The notes under the pieces: model-generated
What the model was told of the DNA's origin: nothing
What the model saw: the letters and a program-made list of their open reading frames with translations, nothing else
Database searches by the model: none
In this document: piece by piece, positions 9,292 through 16,611 of the stretch
Layout: each line of letters opens with the position of its first letter
How positions within the stretch are numbered: the stretch's first letter is position 1
Position numbers and translations under genes: made by a program
NCBI GenBank assembly: GCA_964648765.1
Contig: CAZYLF010000001.1
Span: forward strand, 357,797 to 421,796
Direction of reading: 5' to 3'
DNA length: 64,000 nt
Source: an uncultured Candidatus Saccharibacteria bacterium
GTDB lineage: Bacteria; Patescibacteriota; Minisyncoccia; Phycocordibacterales; JACOZG01

Positions 9292-9663
9292 ATGAAATTA
9301 AAAATTAAGTTATTAAGCACAGTTTCTTCTTTGGCTCTTTTGGCACCAGCTCTTGTGTTTGCTCAGAACGCCTCAAAGGTCACCGGTATTCTTAACATTC
9401 TCCAAACTATCGTAAACACTTTAGTACCAATCGTAATGGTGCTCGCTGTACTCTACTTCTTCTGGGGTTTGGCTCAATACATTTTGGCCGCTGGTAGTGA
9501 GGATGCTAAAGATAAAGGCAAGAGGATCATGATTGGAGGTGTTATTGCTCTTTTTGTGATGGTTTCAATCTGGGGATTAATTACCTGGTTAGGTGATGTG
9601 ATAGGCGTAGACACTGGTGGTGATATTGATCTACCCAACGTTAACGTCCCTGACGTAAGATAG
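9292..9663 (+). CDS. pilin-like small membrane protein, array member 6 (with a cleavable signal peptide)
   Basis: 123 aa. Signal peptide ...ALVFAQNAS, then VLYFFWGLAQYILAAGSEDAKDKGKRIMIGGVIALFVMVSIWGLITWL. Confidence 0.55.
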   Translation: MKLKIKLLSTVSSLALLAPALVFAQNASKVTGILNILQTIVNTLVPIVMVLAVLYFFWGLAQYILAAGSEDAKDKGKRIMIGGVIALFVMVSIWGLITWLGDVIGVDTGGDIDLPNVNVPDVR

Positions 9664-9670
9664 TTTATTT

Positions 9671-9919
9671 GTGGGAGCTACTGAGTTTATTGGTAAAATA
9701 AAAAGTGAGATCTTGGTGCCTGCCGTCACTTTGATGATGGCACTAGGAGTACTCTACTTTCTCTATGGGGTGTTTGTGTTTATCAAAGGCGCCAATAGTG
9801 AAGAGGCGCGGAGCACTGGCAGGAGACATATGATGTGGGGAGTTTTCGGACTCTTCCTTATGGTCTCAGTGCTTGGTATCATGAATCTTATTTGTGACAC
9901 ACTCGGAGCTGGTTGCTAG
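9671..9919 (+). CDS. pilin-like small membrane protein, array member 7 (GTG start)
   Basis: 82 aa. VLYFLYGVFVFIKGANSEEARSTGRRHMMWGVFGLFLMVSVLGIM. It is the shortest member and ends in a Cys pair. Confidence 0.5.
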   Translation: MGATEFIGKIKSEILVPAVTLMMALGVLYFLYGVFVFIKGANSEEARSTGRRHMMWGVFGLFLMVSVLGIMNLICDTLGAGC

Positions 9920-9938
9920 TTGATTCAAAGAATAAAAA

Positions 9939-9970
9939 GAGGGCCCGATCGATAAATCGACCGGGCCCTT
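9939..9970. terminator. bidirectional terminator hairpin between the pilin array (+) and a convergent minus-strand operon
   Basis: agggcccg atcgataaatcga cgggccct. The minus orientation is followed by TCTTTTTATT. Confidence 0.6.
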
Positions 9971-9974
9971 TGCC

Positions 9975-10688
9975 TTACTTCTTCTTTTTTGGTGCGTATG
10001 TCACAAGAGCCGGAAATCTTCCGCCACTTGTGCTTATGAGTCGGACGCGTGCGTCCTTCATAGGCGTATCTGCACCAATCCAGCAGTCGCTATTTTTGTT
10101 ATCCTTACAACTGCTGTTGTAGTTTGAACCAGCGGCGATTATCTTCACCTGCTTTCGCGGATCACCGTCTACTGGCCTAACACTAACATCCACGATACCT
10201 GGTATCGTGTTGATCTCGGTCAGAATCCGTGATGGTTCTGGCCCTACCTCGATCACAAACGATTTTGCATTTGGATCGTTCTCGGGTTTAGGGAGTTCAA
10301 TGTAACCTTGGGTTACTGGCTTTTGTGCACTGGCGCCCGCTGCATTCACCTGACGAATCAGGTCAATGTAACGGAGCACATCTGCTTGCCAGTAGTAACC
10401 AGCACCCACAATCAGCATTAGGAACACAAACCACGCCAACTTGTTCCCACCTTTCTTTTTTTCTGGCTTGGTTTCCTTAGTTTTTACCTCAGGCTTCTTG
10501 ATTTCAGGAACCTTTGCCTTGTCGGCATTTGCTACAGTGGAGTCGTCTTGCTTCTTTGCTCCCATCTCATCCTTCTTTCTACTTTTACTTCTGCTTCTTA
10601 GGATGATGGGTAGAGCAATGAAAGTGAGAGCCCCTCCAACTATGAGTAAGATTGGTACTGCCGCCCAAAAAAATTGGGTTGTAGTCAT
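9975..10688 (-). CDS. two-TM membrane protein with a Lys-rich linker and a C-terminal soluble domain. May be an NfeD-like partner of the upstream SPFH protein.
   Basis: 237 aa with two hydrophobic helices and a KKPEVKTKETKPEKKK linker. The start is translationally coupled to the SPFH stop (TAATG). SPFH genes commonly pair with NfeD-type membrane proteins, but no motif was confirmed. Confidence 0.4.
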   Translation of the reverse strand: MTTTQFFWAAVPILLIVGGALTFIALPIILRSRSKSRKKDEMGAKKQDDSTVANADKAKVPEIKKPEVKTKETKPEKKKGGNKLAWFVFLMLIVGAGYYWQADVLRYIDLIRQVNAAGASAQKPVTQGYIELPKPENDPNAKSFVIEVGPEPSRILTEINTIPGIVDVSVRPVDGDPRKQVKIIAAGSNYNSSCKDNKNSDCWIGADTPMKDARVRLISTSGGRFPALVTYAPKKKK

Positions 10689-11773
10689 TAGGGTGTTCCT
10701 TTCGTTTTGATTGGATTAACGGGCGGAAGATTAACTATGGTTGGGGAACCTGTCCCTCCAATGTTTAATACTTGCCCCTTAAATTCAGCCAACTTTGCTG
10801 TTGCTCTAGACTGCAGATAGTGGGGCATATTCTCACTACCTACTGCTGTTTTTTGTTTGTCCAAAACTTCGGCTTCCGCCCCACCAACTTCTCTGATTCC
10901 CTTTGCTTGGTACTTAGAGGTTTCGAACAGAGCCTCACCGTTCAAGGTAGCCAATTCCTTGGCCTTTTGAGCCTTAACGCTTTCGGCGTCGGAGCCAGCT
11001 GGGGTAGAGGAGACATAGTTATATGCGGCAACCCTGACTCCCGCTACTCTGATGAGTACATTTTCATACTCCTTAGTTACGGGGTCACGTGTGACGCTTT
11101 GGAATCTTCTGAGATACTCGGAGATTAACACTTGCTTGTCTTCACTGTTGAATGAAGTGTAATCTGGTATCTTTGGATTCTTGCAGCAGTTATCGATTGC
11201 ACCGTTTACTACGTTCACTGCTTTCAGGAACCACTTACCTTTTAGGGCAAAAACTGCCAACTCAGGATCAATGGCTTCAAAGGTGATCTCTCCCACTATG
11301 TCGACGGTGAAGCCACTTAGGAGTTCTACACCTTTAGTTTCAATTGGGTAGGTGAAAAGATGATACATTGAGTCTACCACTTCTGGTTCTCTCATTCGGA
11401 TTTTGTATTCTCCGGTATCAGTTTTTTTCTTTTCCCACTCTGCCCACTCAAATTTGTATTCGTGGATGGTATAAATTGGCCAAAAAAACGGACCATAAAT
11501 ACCAAACCAACCATACTTCCAGGGGTTGAGAATTTTCCTGAATCCAGAAGTATTGTCGTCAACAATACTCCTGTCCCCATCGATCGTTTTGTTTTTGACG
11601 TTGATTAGGATGTAGCGTAAGTCACCACCTGCGGTGACGAACTTGATCTCCCGCTCATCTACCAATGTGAAGATAATGTCATAATGTGCCAATGCGTATG
11701 CAGTCAAAGTAAGCCCAAGCACAAACACACCAACTGCCGATATCCCCGCGCTCACTGCCACCAAAATTTCCAT
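10688..11773 (-). CDS. SPFH / band-7 (stomatin-prohibitin-flotillin-HflK/C) domain membrane protein
   Basis: The start is at the internal ATG 11773 (MEILVAVSAG...) with SD AAAGGAGACTCAAA. N-terminal TM, then an SPFH-like core (VDIVGEITFEAIDPELAVF..., coiled-coil tail SVKAQKAKELATLNGEALFETSKYQAKG). Confidence 0.6.
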   Translation of the reverse strand: MEILVAVSAGISAVGVFVLGLTLTAYALAHYDIIFTLVDEREIKFVTAGGDLRYILINVKNKTIDGDRSIVDDNTSGFRKILNPWKYGWFGIYGPFFWPIYTIHEYKFEWAEWEKKKTDTGEYKIRMREPEVVDSMYHLFTYPIETKGVELLSGFTVDIVGEITFEAIDPELAVFALKGKWFLKAVNVVNGAIDNCCKNPKIPDYTSFNSEDKQVLISEYLRRFQSVTRDPVTKEYENVLIRVAGVRVAAYNYVSSTPAGSDAESVKAQKAKELATLNGEALFETSKYQAKGIREVGGAEAEVLDKQKTAVGSENMPHYLQSRATAKLAEFKGQVLNIGGTGSPTIVNLPPVNPIKTKGTP

Positions 11774-11843
11774 TTTGAGTCTCCTTTCCGCCCAAGGCGG
11801 AGGTAAATTCACTTATTAGGTTGTCAAACAACCACTGCTCGCG

Positions 11844-11871
11844 ATTATATCATACATTCGTAAAAAAGCAA
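11844..11871 (-). promoter_or_regulatory. sigma70-like promoter (-35 TTGCTT, 16-nt spacer, -10 TATAAT) carrying the shared ACTTGCTTTTTT element; drives the SPFH operon
   Basis: On the minus strand: cacaaaacTTGCTTttttacgaatgtatgaTATAATcgc. The same -35 block recurs at 13070..13098 and 13820..13847. Confidence 0.5.
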
Positions 11872-11902
11872 GTTTTGTGAGGGGTTAAAATATATAAGAA
11901 AA

Positions 11903-11931
11903 GACCCGCAAACGCTACGCGTTTGCGGGTC
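11903..11931 (-). terminator. rho-independent terminator (gacccgcaaacg/cgtttgcgggtc) after the 11959..12987 gene
   Basis: 12-bp stem. The minus orientation is followed by TTTTCTTATATATT. Confidence 0.65.
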
Positions 11932-11958
11932 CATATTTCTCCTTTTTCAAAAGAACAA

Positions 11959-12987
11959 TTACCGAAGTGGGCCAAACATCCGGACCTTGTCGGTGTCGCC
12001 AACCCCAGGCAGTGGGGCTCTAAGGTACGTGGTTCGCACAACCCCAGCATTGTCTGGATCAGTGTATTTACCTCCCCGGATTTGAATCACGTAGCACCCG
12101 TCAGGCGCTTTGACGCAATCCACATATCTTAGGAGGTTGAGGCCACCATACTCTCTCTCCACCAAAACATACGGCCACTTACCAACCGGACCTTCTGGGC
12201 TCTCGCGGTGGATGGATTCCGGTTCAACATCAATTGGTGGAGGTGAGTAGGATCTGTTATCACCACAGTTACCACTAGGGCAACGGTCGCGATGAAAGTT
12301 GTCGTACTCTTCCACACCTTTGTACATCATGTTGTTTTGTACGGGCGGTAACTCCTTGGTTACCACCACAGACTCAATCTGCTGGTTTGGAACGTTGGCG
12401 GCTGGTGTCGGAGCAGCAAGCTTGGCTGCTTCTAGCTCAGCTTCCAATTTTTTCCGATAATCCGCACCAGCATTTGAAGCTTCGTTGAACTTGGTCTGTT
12501 TCCACGCCTCGGTCTCATTGGTTTTGATGATTGCCCAGGTCACAGCAGCAGCTCCAATCACAAGCACAACAATCAGAACTGAATTACGGCTGAACCAAGA
12601 TAGGCCACTCTTCGGCTTCGTTTTTGCTGCTTTTTCAGCCTTCGCGATTTCGCTCAGCCGTTCCGCTTCCTTTTCAATGTAAGCTTGAACTTCCGTTTCT
12701 GTTATATTGGATCCTTCTGCGGGCTGAGCTTGCGCGGGTGGGGGATTGGCTGGCATTCGACACCCACCTTGGGTTGCAAGCTTTTCCAACGCTTTTTCCA
12801 TCCGATTGAATCCTGCAATCATTGCAGTTGATTCAGTTCGGTGTAAGGCTGCGTTGTCTTGCAGTTGGTTGAAGATCCTTTCGTACGGCGTTACCGTTCT
12901 TGCTGGTGCTGCAGCAGGCGCTGGTGTTTGAACAGGAACGGGCGCGCCCGTTCCATCTCCCGGGTCTCCATTTTGTCCGTCTGGCAT
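11959..12987 (-). CDS. hypothetical bitopic membrane protein (Pro/Ala-rich cytoplasmic N-terminus, one TM, C-terminal extracytoplasmic domain)
   Basis: 342 aa from a GC3-rich gene. The TM helix is VLIVVLVIGAAAVTWAII near residue 150. The C-terminal domain is ...WPYVLVEREYGGLNLLRYVDCVKAPDGCYVIQIRGGKYTDPDN.... No known motif recognised. Confidence 0.45.
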   Translation of the reverse strand: MPDGQNGDPGDGTGAPVPVQTPAPAAAPARTVTPYERIFNQLQDNAALHRTESTAMIAGFNRMEKALEKLATQGGCRMPANPPPAQAQPAEGSNITETEVQAYIEKEAERLSEIAKAEKAAKTKPKSGLSWFSRNSVLIVVLVIGAAAVTWAIIKTNETEAWKQTKFNEASNAGADYRKKLEAELEAAKLAAPTPAANVPNQQIESVVVTKELPPVQNNMMYKGVEEYDNFHRDRCPSGNCGDNRSYSPPPIDVEPESIHRESPEGPVGKWPYVLVEREYGGLNLLRYVDCVKAPDGCYVIQIRGGKYTDPDNAGVVRTTYLRAPLPGVGDTDKVRMFGPLR

Positions 12988-13069
12988 GATGTCTTCTCCT
13001 TATCTTTAGCTTTTGCCTCAATCTGAAACGATCAGAAGGGGCTCCACTAATTTTCAATGTCCTGGTCAT

Positions 13070-13098
13070 TTACTACCATATGATTATAAAAAAAGCAA
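13070..13098 (-). promoter_or_regulatory. promoter with shared -35 block (TTGCTT, 17-nt spacer, weak -10 TAGTAA) for the 11959..12987 gene
   Basis: On the minus strand: tccacatggacTTGCTTtttttataatcatatggTAGTAAatg. The CACA-N3-ACTTGCTTTTTT block is conserved with the promoters at 11844 and 13820. Confidence 0.4.
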
Positions 13099-13117
13099 GT
13101 CCATGTGGACGTAATAA

Positions 13118-13146
13118 AGGGGCCTCATAAATGAGACCCCTTTTTT
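13118..13146. terminator. terminator hairpin (aggggcctcat/atgagacccct plus T6) downstream of the lipoprotein gene
   Basis: 11-bp stem with one mismatch, followed by TTTTTT on the + strand. Lies between two minus-strand genes. Confidence 0.5.
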
Positions 13147-13155
13147 GGACGCTTA

Positions 13156-13752
13156 CTATCGTCCTCGTCCGCCTTTCCGACCTCCTCGGTCGTTGTTGGC
13201 TTGGCGATTAGATTCACCTCGCGCACGCCCACCCCCGCGCCCTGCATTTTCACTACGCTCAGGACGTGAGCCGTTGGCACTTTGCCTCGTGGGTGAGCTA
13301 CTCCTCACCGTGCGCCGTTCACCATGTTGCTCGATAGAAGAGCGACTGGCACGGACACTGCGAGGACCAGAGCCACGACTGTTGTTGTGCACATCAACGT
13401 CGACGTGAACCACGCGACCGCGACTTCCGTGACCGTGCACGTAGCCATGATCACGATACCACTCCCGGCGACCACACACATCGCGATAGTACCCCCACGC
13501 CACCACTGTGCCTGGGCACCAGGCGTCGTAGTATACATGCGTGACCGGATGGTACCAGCGGGACACGTAAGCGGGTCCACTAACTACCACTGACCCACTG
13601 ACCGCCACCGGCACACTGGGGGCAAAGCCCTCAGTGGTCTCGGTGACCACTTGCTGCCCTTGAGCATCGTACGACACTGTCCGCGTGTGTGTGGAGCAAC
13701 CGCTAGCCGCAAACAACAAACCAACCAAACCGATAATCGTGAAATTACGCAT
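13156..13752 (-). CDS. lipoprotein with an Arg/Gly-rich (RGG-like) disordered C-terminal tail
   Basis: The signal plus lipobox LFAASGC is followed by a Trp/Tyr/His-rich domain (WYHPVTHVYYDAWCPGTVVAWGYYRD). The last roughly 70 aa are RG/RS/GRG repeats (GRGGGRARGESNRQANNDRGGRKGGRGR). Confidence 0.45.
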   Translation of the reverse strand: MRNFTIIGLVGLLFAASGCSTHTRTVSYDAQGQQVVTETTEGFAPSVPVAVSGSVVVSGPAYVSRWYHPVTHVYYDAWCPGTVVAWGYYRDVCGRREWYRDHGYVHGHGSRGRVVHVDVDVHNNSRGSGPRSVRASRSSIEQHGERRTVRSSSPTRQSANGSRPERSENAGRGGGRARGESNRQANNDRGGRKGGRGR

Positions 13753-13819
13753 AGTAATTTCCTTTCATTTAAAGAACAAACATTCTTCTGATGAACCACT
13801 AGGCCCACCTTCTCTTACT

Positions 13820-13847
13820 ATTATATCATATATATATAAAAAAGCAA
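13820..13847 (-). promoter_or_regulatory. sigma70-like promoter (-35 TTGCTT, 16-nt spacer, -10 TATAAT) with shared ACTTGCTTTTTT block for the lipoprotein gene
   Basis: On the minus strand: atccacaggcacTTGCTTttttatatatatatgaTATAATagt. Confidence 0.5.
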
Positions 13848-13872
13848 GTGCCTGTGGATAACCCTAAATTTG

Positions 13873-13956
13873 TGCCGGGGAGAGGACTTGAACCTCCATG
13901 CCCTTGCGGGCGCCAGCTCCTAAGGCTGGTGCGTCTGCCAATTTCGCCACCCCGGC
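13873..13956 (-). tRNA. tRNA-Leu (anticodon UAG), long variable arm
   Basis: The reverse complement folds as a cloverleaf: acceptor GCCGGGG/CCCCGGC, anticodon loop CU-UAG-GA, 14-nt variable arm, T-loop TTCAAGT. No encoded CCA. Confidence 0.85.
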
Positions 13957-13964
13957 TTCCGTGA

Positions 13965-14037
13965 TCCGCCCGGTAGGAATCGAACCTACGACCGTACGCT
14001 TAAGAGGCGTCTGCTCTACCAACTGAGCTACGGGCGG
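13965..14037 (-). tRNA. tRNA-Lys (anticodon CUU)
   Basis: Acceptor CCGCCCG/CGGGCGG, D-arm GCTCAGTTGGTAGAGC, anticodon loop CT-CTT-AA, T-arm GTAGG-TTCGATT-CCTAC. Confidence 0.85.
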
Positions 14038-14060
14038 AAAAAAATTCTGCTTTCGCAGTG

Positions 14061-14142
14061 TGCCCGGGGTGGGAGTCGAACCCACATCCCTTTCGAGACA
14101 CGATTTTAAGTCGTGCGCGTATACCAATTCCGCCACCCGGGC
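14061..14142 (-). tRNA. tRNA-Leu (anticodon UAA), long variable arm
   Basis: Acceptor GCCCGGG/CCCGGGC, anticodon stem-loop CACGA-CTTAAAA-TCGTG, long variable arm, T-loop TTCGACT. Confidence 0.85.
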
Positions 14143-14146
14143 AATA

Positions 14147-14218
14147 AGGCCTAGGCCGGAATTGAACCGGCGCGTCGCGGTTTTGCAGACCGCTGCGTTA
14201 CCACTTCGCCACTAGGCC
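14147..14218 (-). tRNA. tRNA-Cys (anticodon GCA)
   Basis: Acceptor GGCCTAG/CTAGGCC, anticodon stem-loop GCGGT-CTGCAAA-ACCGC, T-arm GCCGG-TTCAATT-CCGGC. Sits 4 nt from tRNA-Leu(UAA). Confidence 0.85.
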
Positions 14219-14231
14219 AACTATTTAATTA

Positions 14232-14588
14232 TCAATTCTGCTTTTCAGCAGAAGCATCCTCTTTTCTCTCCATTATCAACTTCTCCGAAATATCGTTAAA
14301 GTTTTTCATTCCTTTATCAATCGCGAAGGCAAGTTGAGGAACGTAACGAATCTTCACTTTTTTACTAATGTACTCGCGGAGTTCGTGAAGTTTACGATTC
14401 ACAAATTTAAGCGCCCCCACCTCAGCCTCCTCGGGCAGGACACTGATATAGATTAGCCCATGCTCACCTCGCTTGTCTAGCGCAATGTCGGTGACAGTGA
14501 TCATGGAGGTGCGGTTTGACTCACGAGCTAAAAACTCAGCAGTGAGTTGTTTAATGGCGGTTTGAGTGCGTTCGTGATGATTATTCAT
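14232..14588 (-). CDS. rbfA: ribosome-binding factor A
   Basis: 118 aa. The KH-like RbfA signature region (...RTSMITVTDIALDKRGEHGLIYISVLP...KLHELREYISKKVKIRYVPQLAF) sits immediately downstream of infB, the canonical order. Confidence 0.85.
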   Translation of the reverse strand: MNNHHERTQTAIKQLTAEFLARESNRTSMITVTDIALDKRGEHGLIYISVLPEEAEVGALKFVNRKLHELREYISKKVKIRYVPQLAFAIDKGMKNFNDISEKLIMERKEDASAEKQN

Positions 14589-14595
14589 AGTAAAA

Positions 14596-16116
14596 TTATT
14601 TTTCTACTAGATCAAAAACTTCTAGCACATCGCCTGGCGCAATAGCGATTTTAGAATCCACTAAAGAACCAAACATTTTATCTTTCTCCACTTCTTTTAC
14701 TTTAATTTTTTGCGTCTCAAGTTCCAAAACTTTTCCGCGACTCAGCACACTGTCGCGACGGATAACGCGGAATTGTTTACCCAAAATCATTGATCCAGAG
14801 AGCACAGTGCCACCGAGCACTTGTTTGTCTTTATTAACACTAAAGATTTTCAACACTTTAATTTTACCTAAGATTTCTTCAGTAATAATTTTAGGAGTGC
14901 GTTTTACAATTTCTTCAGTAAGCCATTCGCTGAGTTTGTAAATAATATCAAAGGTTTGAATATTGATTCCAAATTTCTCAGCTAATTCTTTGGCTGACGA
15001 GTCGGCGGTAACGTTAAAGCCAATCATAATGGCATCGCGTCCGCTCGACACGAGCTTCACGTCGTTTTCCGTAATTTTGCCCACGCCTTTAACTATGACT
15101 TCTAAATGCACAAGGGGGGTACCTAATTTTTTCACTTCACGCTCAATGGCGGAGAGTGTGCCGAGCACATCAGTTTTAATACCAATCGGAATTATAACTT
15201 GTTTAATTTCACCTTCAGCTTGGGGGATGGTGTTGGCAATGTGCGCCACGCGGATTAATTTGGGAGTAATTTTTTGATCCTTCAAAAAGTTTTCAGCCTC
15301 TTTTTTATCACCAAAGGCAAAAAAGTTAGCGCCAACTTCAGGCAATTTTTCTAATCCAAAAATTTCTACCGGAGCTGAAACAGTGGCCTCTTTAATTTGT
15401 TCACCGAGGAAATTGTTCATCCGCTTAATTCTGAAAGCTTGGTCGCCAATTACTAAGTAATCGCCGTTTGCGATAGTGCCGTTTTTAATTATTAAGGTGG
15501 CGATGTTTCCGATTTTAGGATTCATATGCGCTTCAAGCACCAAACCTGTGGCTTGGGCGTTTGAGTCCGCTTTTAAATCCTCAAGTTCGGCCACGAGTAA
15601 AACTAAATCAAGAAGTTCCGAGATACCCTTACCACTTTTTGCTGAGATTTCAGCTACCGGGATATTACCACCATAATCTTCGACTAACACATTTTTTTCA
15701 GCTAAGTCTTGGCGGGTTCTCTGAGCGTTAGCATTCTCTTTATCAATTTTATTAATTGCCACAACGTAGGGGATTTTCTTTTCTGTAATCACTCTTATTG
15801 CTTCTTCAGTTTGAGCTTTAACACCGTCTTCTGCGGAAACTACTAAAATAGCTACGTCGGCAATCTTAGAACTTGTTTCGCGCATGGCGCTAAAAGCCTC
15901 ATGACCGGGTGTGTCGATGAAGGTGATTTTTTTGTTTGCCCCAGCTTTAGTTTTGTGCGTAATTTCGTAAGCGCTCACGTGTTGGGTAATACCACCCGCC
16001 TCGCCAGCCACCACGTTTGATTTACGAATAAAGTCGAGCAAAGTCGACTTACCATGGTCAATATGACCCACCACTACTACCACTGGTGGGCGTTCGATAG
16101 TTTTAAGATTTTTCAT
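14596..16116 (-). CDS. infB: translation initiation factor IF-2 (short form lacking the N-terminal extension)
   Basis: The G-domain starts at residue 10 ([19 protein letters not shown]), followed by [12 protein letters not shown] and the C-terminal beta-barrel domains. Only 506 aa. Confidence 0.9.
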   Translation of the reverse strand: MKNLKTIERPPVVVVVGHIDHGKSTLLDFIRKSNVVAGEAGGITQHVSAYEITHKTKAGANKKITFIDTPGHEAFSAMRETSSKIADVAILVVSAEDGVKAQTEEAIRVITEKKIPYVVAINKIDKENANAQRTRQDLAEKNVLVEDYGGNIPVAEISAKSGKGISELLDLVLLVAELEDLKADSNAQATGLVLEAHMNPKIGNIATLIIKNGTIANGDYLVIGDQAFRIKRMNNFLGEQIKEATVSAPVEIFGLEKLPEVGANFFAFGDKKEAENFLKDQKITPKLIRVAHIANTIPQAEGEIKQVIIPIGIKTDVLGTLSAIEREVKKLGTPLVHLEVIVKGVGKITENDVKLVSSGRDAIMIGFNVTADSSAKELAEKFGINIQTFDIIYKLSEWLTEEIVKRTPKIITEEILGKIKVLKIFSVNKDKQVLGGTVLSGSMILGKQFRVIRRDSVLSRGKVLELETQKIKVKEVEKDKMFGSLVDSKIAIAPGDVLEVFDLVEK

Positions 16117-16574
16117 TGTATAGGTTCTAAAACGGCGCGTTCTTCGTCTGAGAGTTCATGTTCTGAAGCGCGACTTTTTACTGGTTTGGCGTAAGCATTA
16201 AATTGTCCGCGAGTGTAAAGTCCAGAGAGTACTACACCATGACCCTCATCATTTAAAAATGCGGTGGCAAAACTTTGGTTGCCTCCGGCGCTGTTGAATG
16301 GATCAAAACGGATGGTGCGCACATGACGCACACTTTGGCGGAGGCTTGCTTTAAGCCAATCGATTTTTTCTTTATTTTCAAGATGTTGATTGGCGAGCTG
16401 ATCAAGTGCTTGCGCCATATCAATGATCACTTCCTCGAGATCTGTCGCATTTTTGCCTTTTAATAATTTTTTCAGACGAATTTCTTGTCTAATTACCAAA
16501 AAGCCAAGGATCACCACCAGTACTGCTAAAATCAGACTAATAAAAGCACTATTGGTTGCGAGGAACTGAGGCAT
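16113..16574 (-). CDS. DUF4446-like membrane-anchored protein upstream of infB
   Basis: 153 aa. N-terminal TM, coiled coil, then FDPFNSAGGNQSFATAFLNDEGHGVVLSGLYTRGQFNAYAKPV, which resembles the DUF4446 core. ATGA overlap with the infB start. Confidence 0.5.
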   Translation of the reverse strand: MPQFLATNSAFISLILAVLVVILGFLVIRQEIRLKKLLKGKNATDLEEVIIDMAQALDQLANQHLENKEKIDWLKASLRQSVRHVRTIRFDPFNSAGGNQSFATAFLNDEGHGVVLSGLYTRGQFNAYAKPVKSRASEHELSDEERAVLEPIQ

Positions 16575-16611
16575 GGCAAAATTCTACCTTACTTGCTAGG
16601 ATTTTACAAAT

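Noticed and set aside
7499-9919. Possibility that the regular about 300-400 nt periodicity here reflects a CRISPR array or other noncoding repeat
   Set aside because: The repeat units are protein-coding paralogs with SDs and conserved amino-acid (not nucleotide) motifs. There are no short identical direct repeats separated by unique spacers anywhere in the window.
10772-11128. 118-aa + ORF
   Set aside because: Antisense within the SPFH gene. Cys/Leu-rich shadow frame.
13864-14136. 90-aa minus ORF
   Set aside because: It is entirely covered by three well-folding tRNA genes (Leu-UAG, Lys-CUU, Leu-UAA). Its translation is tRNA-derived (GSIPTGRI..., GVAKLADA...).
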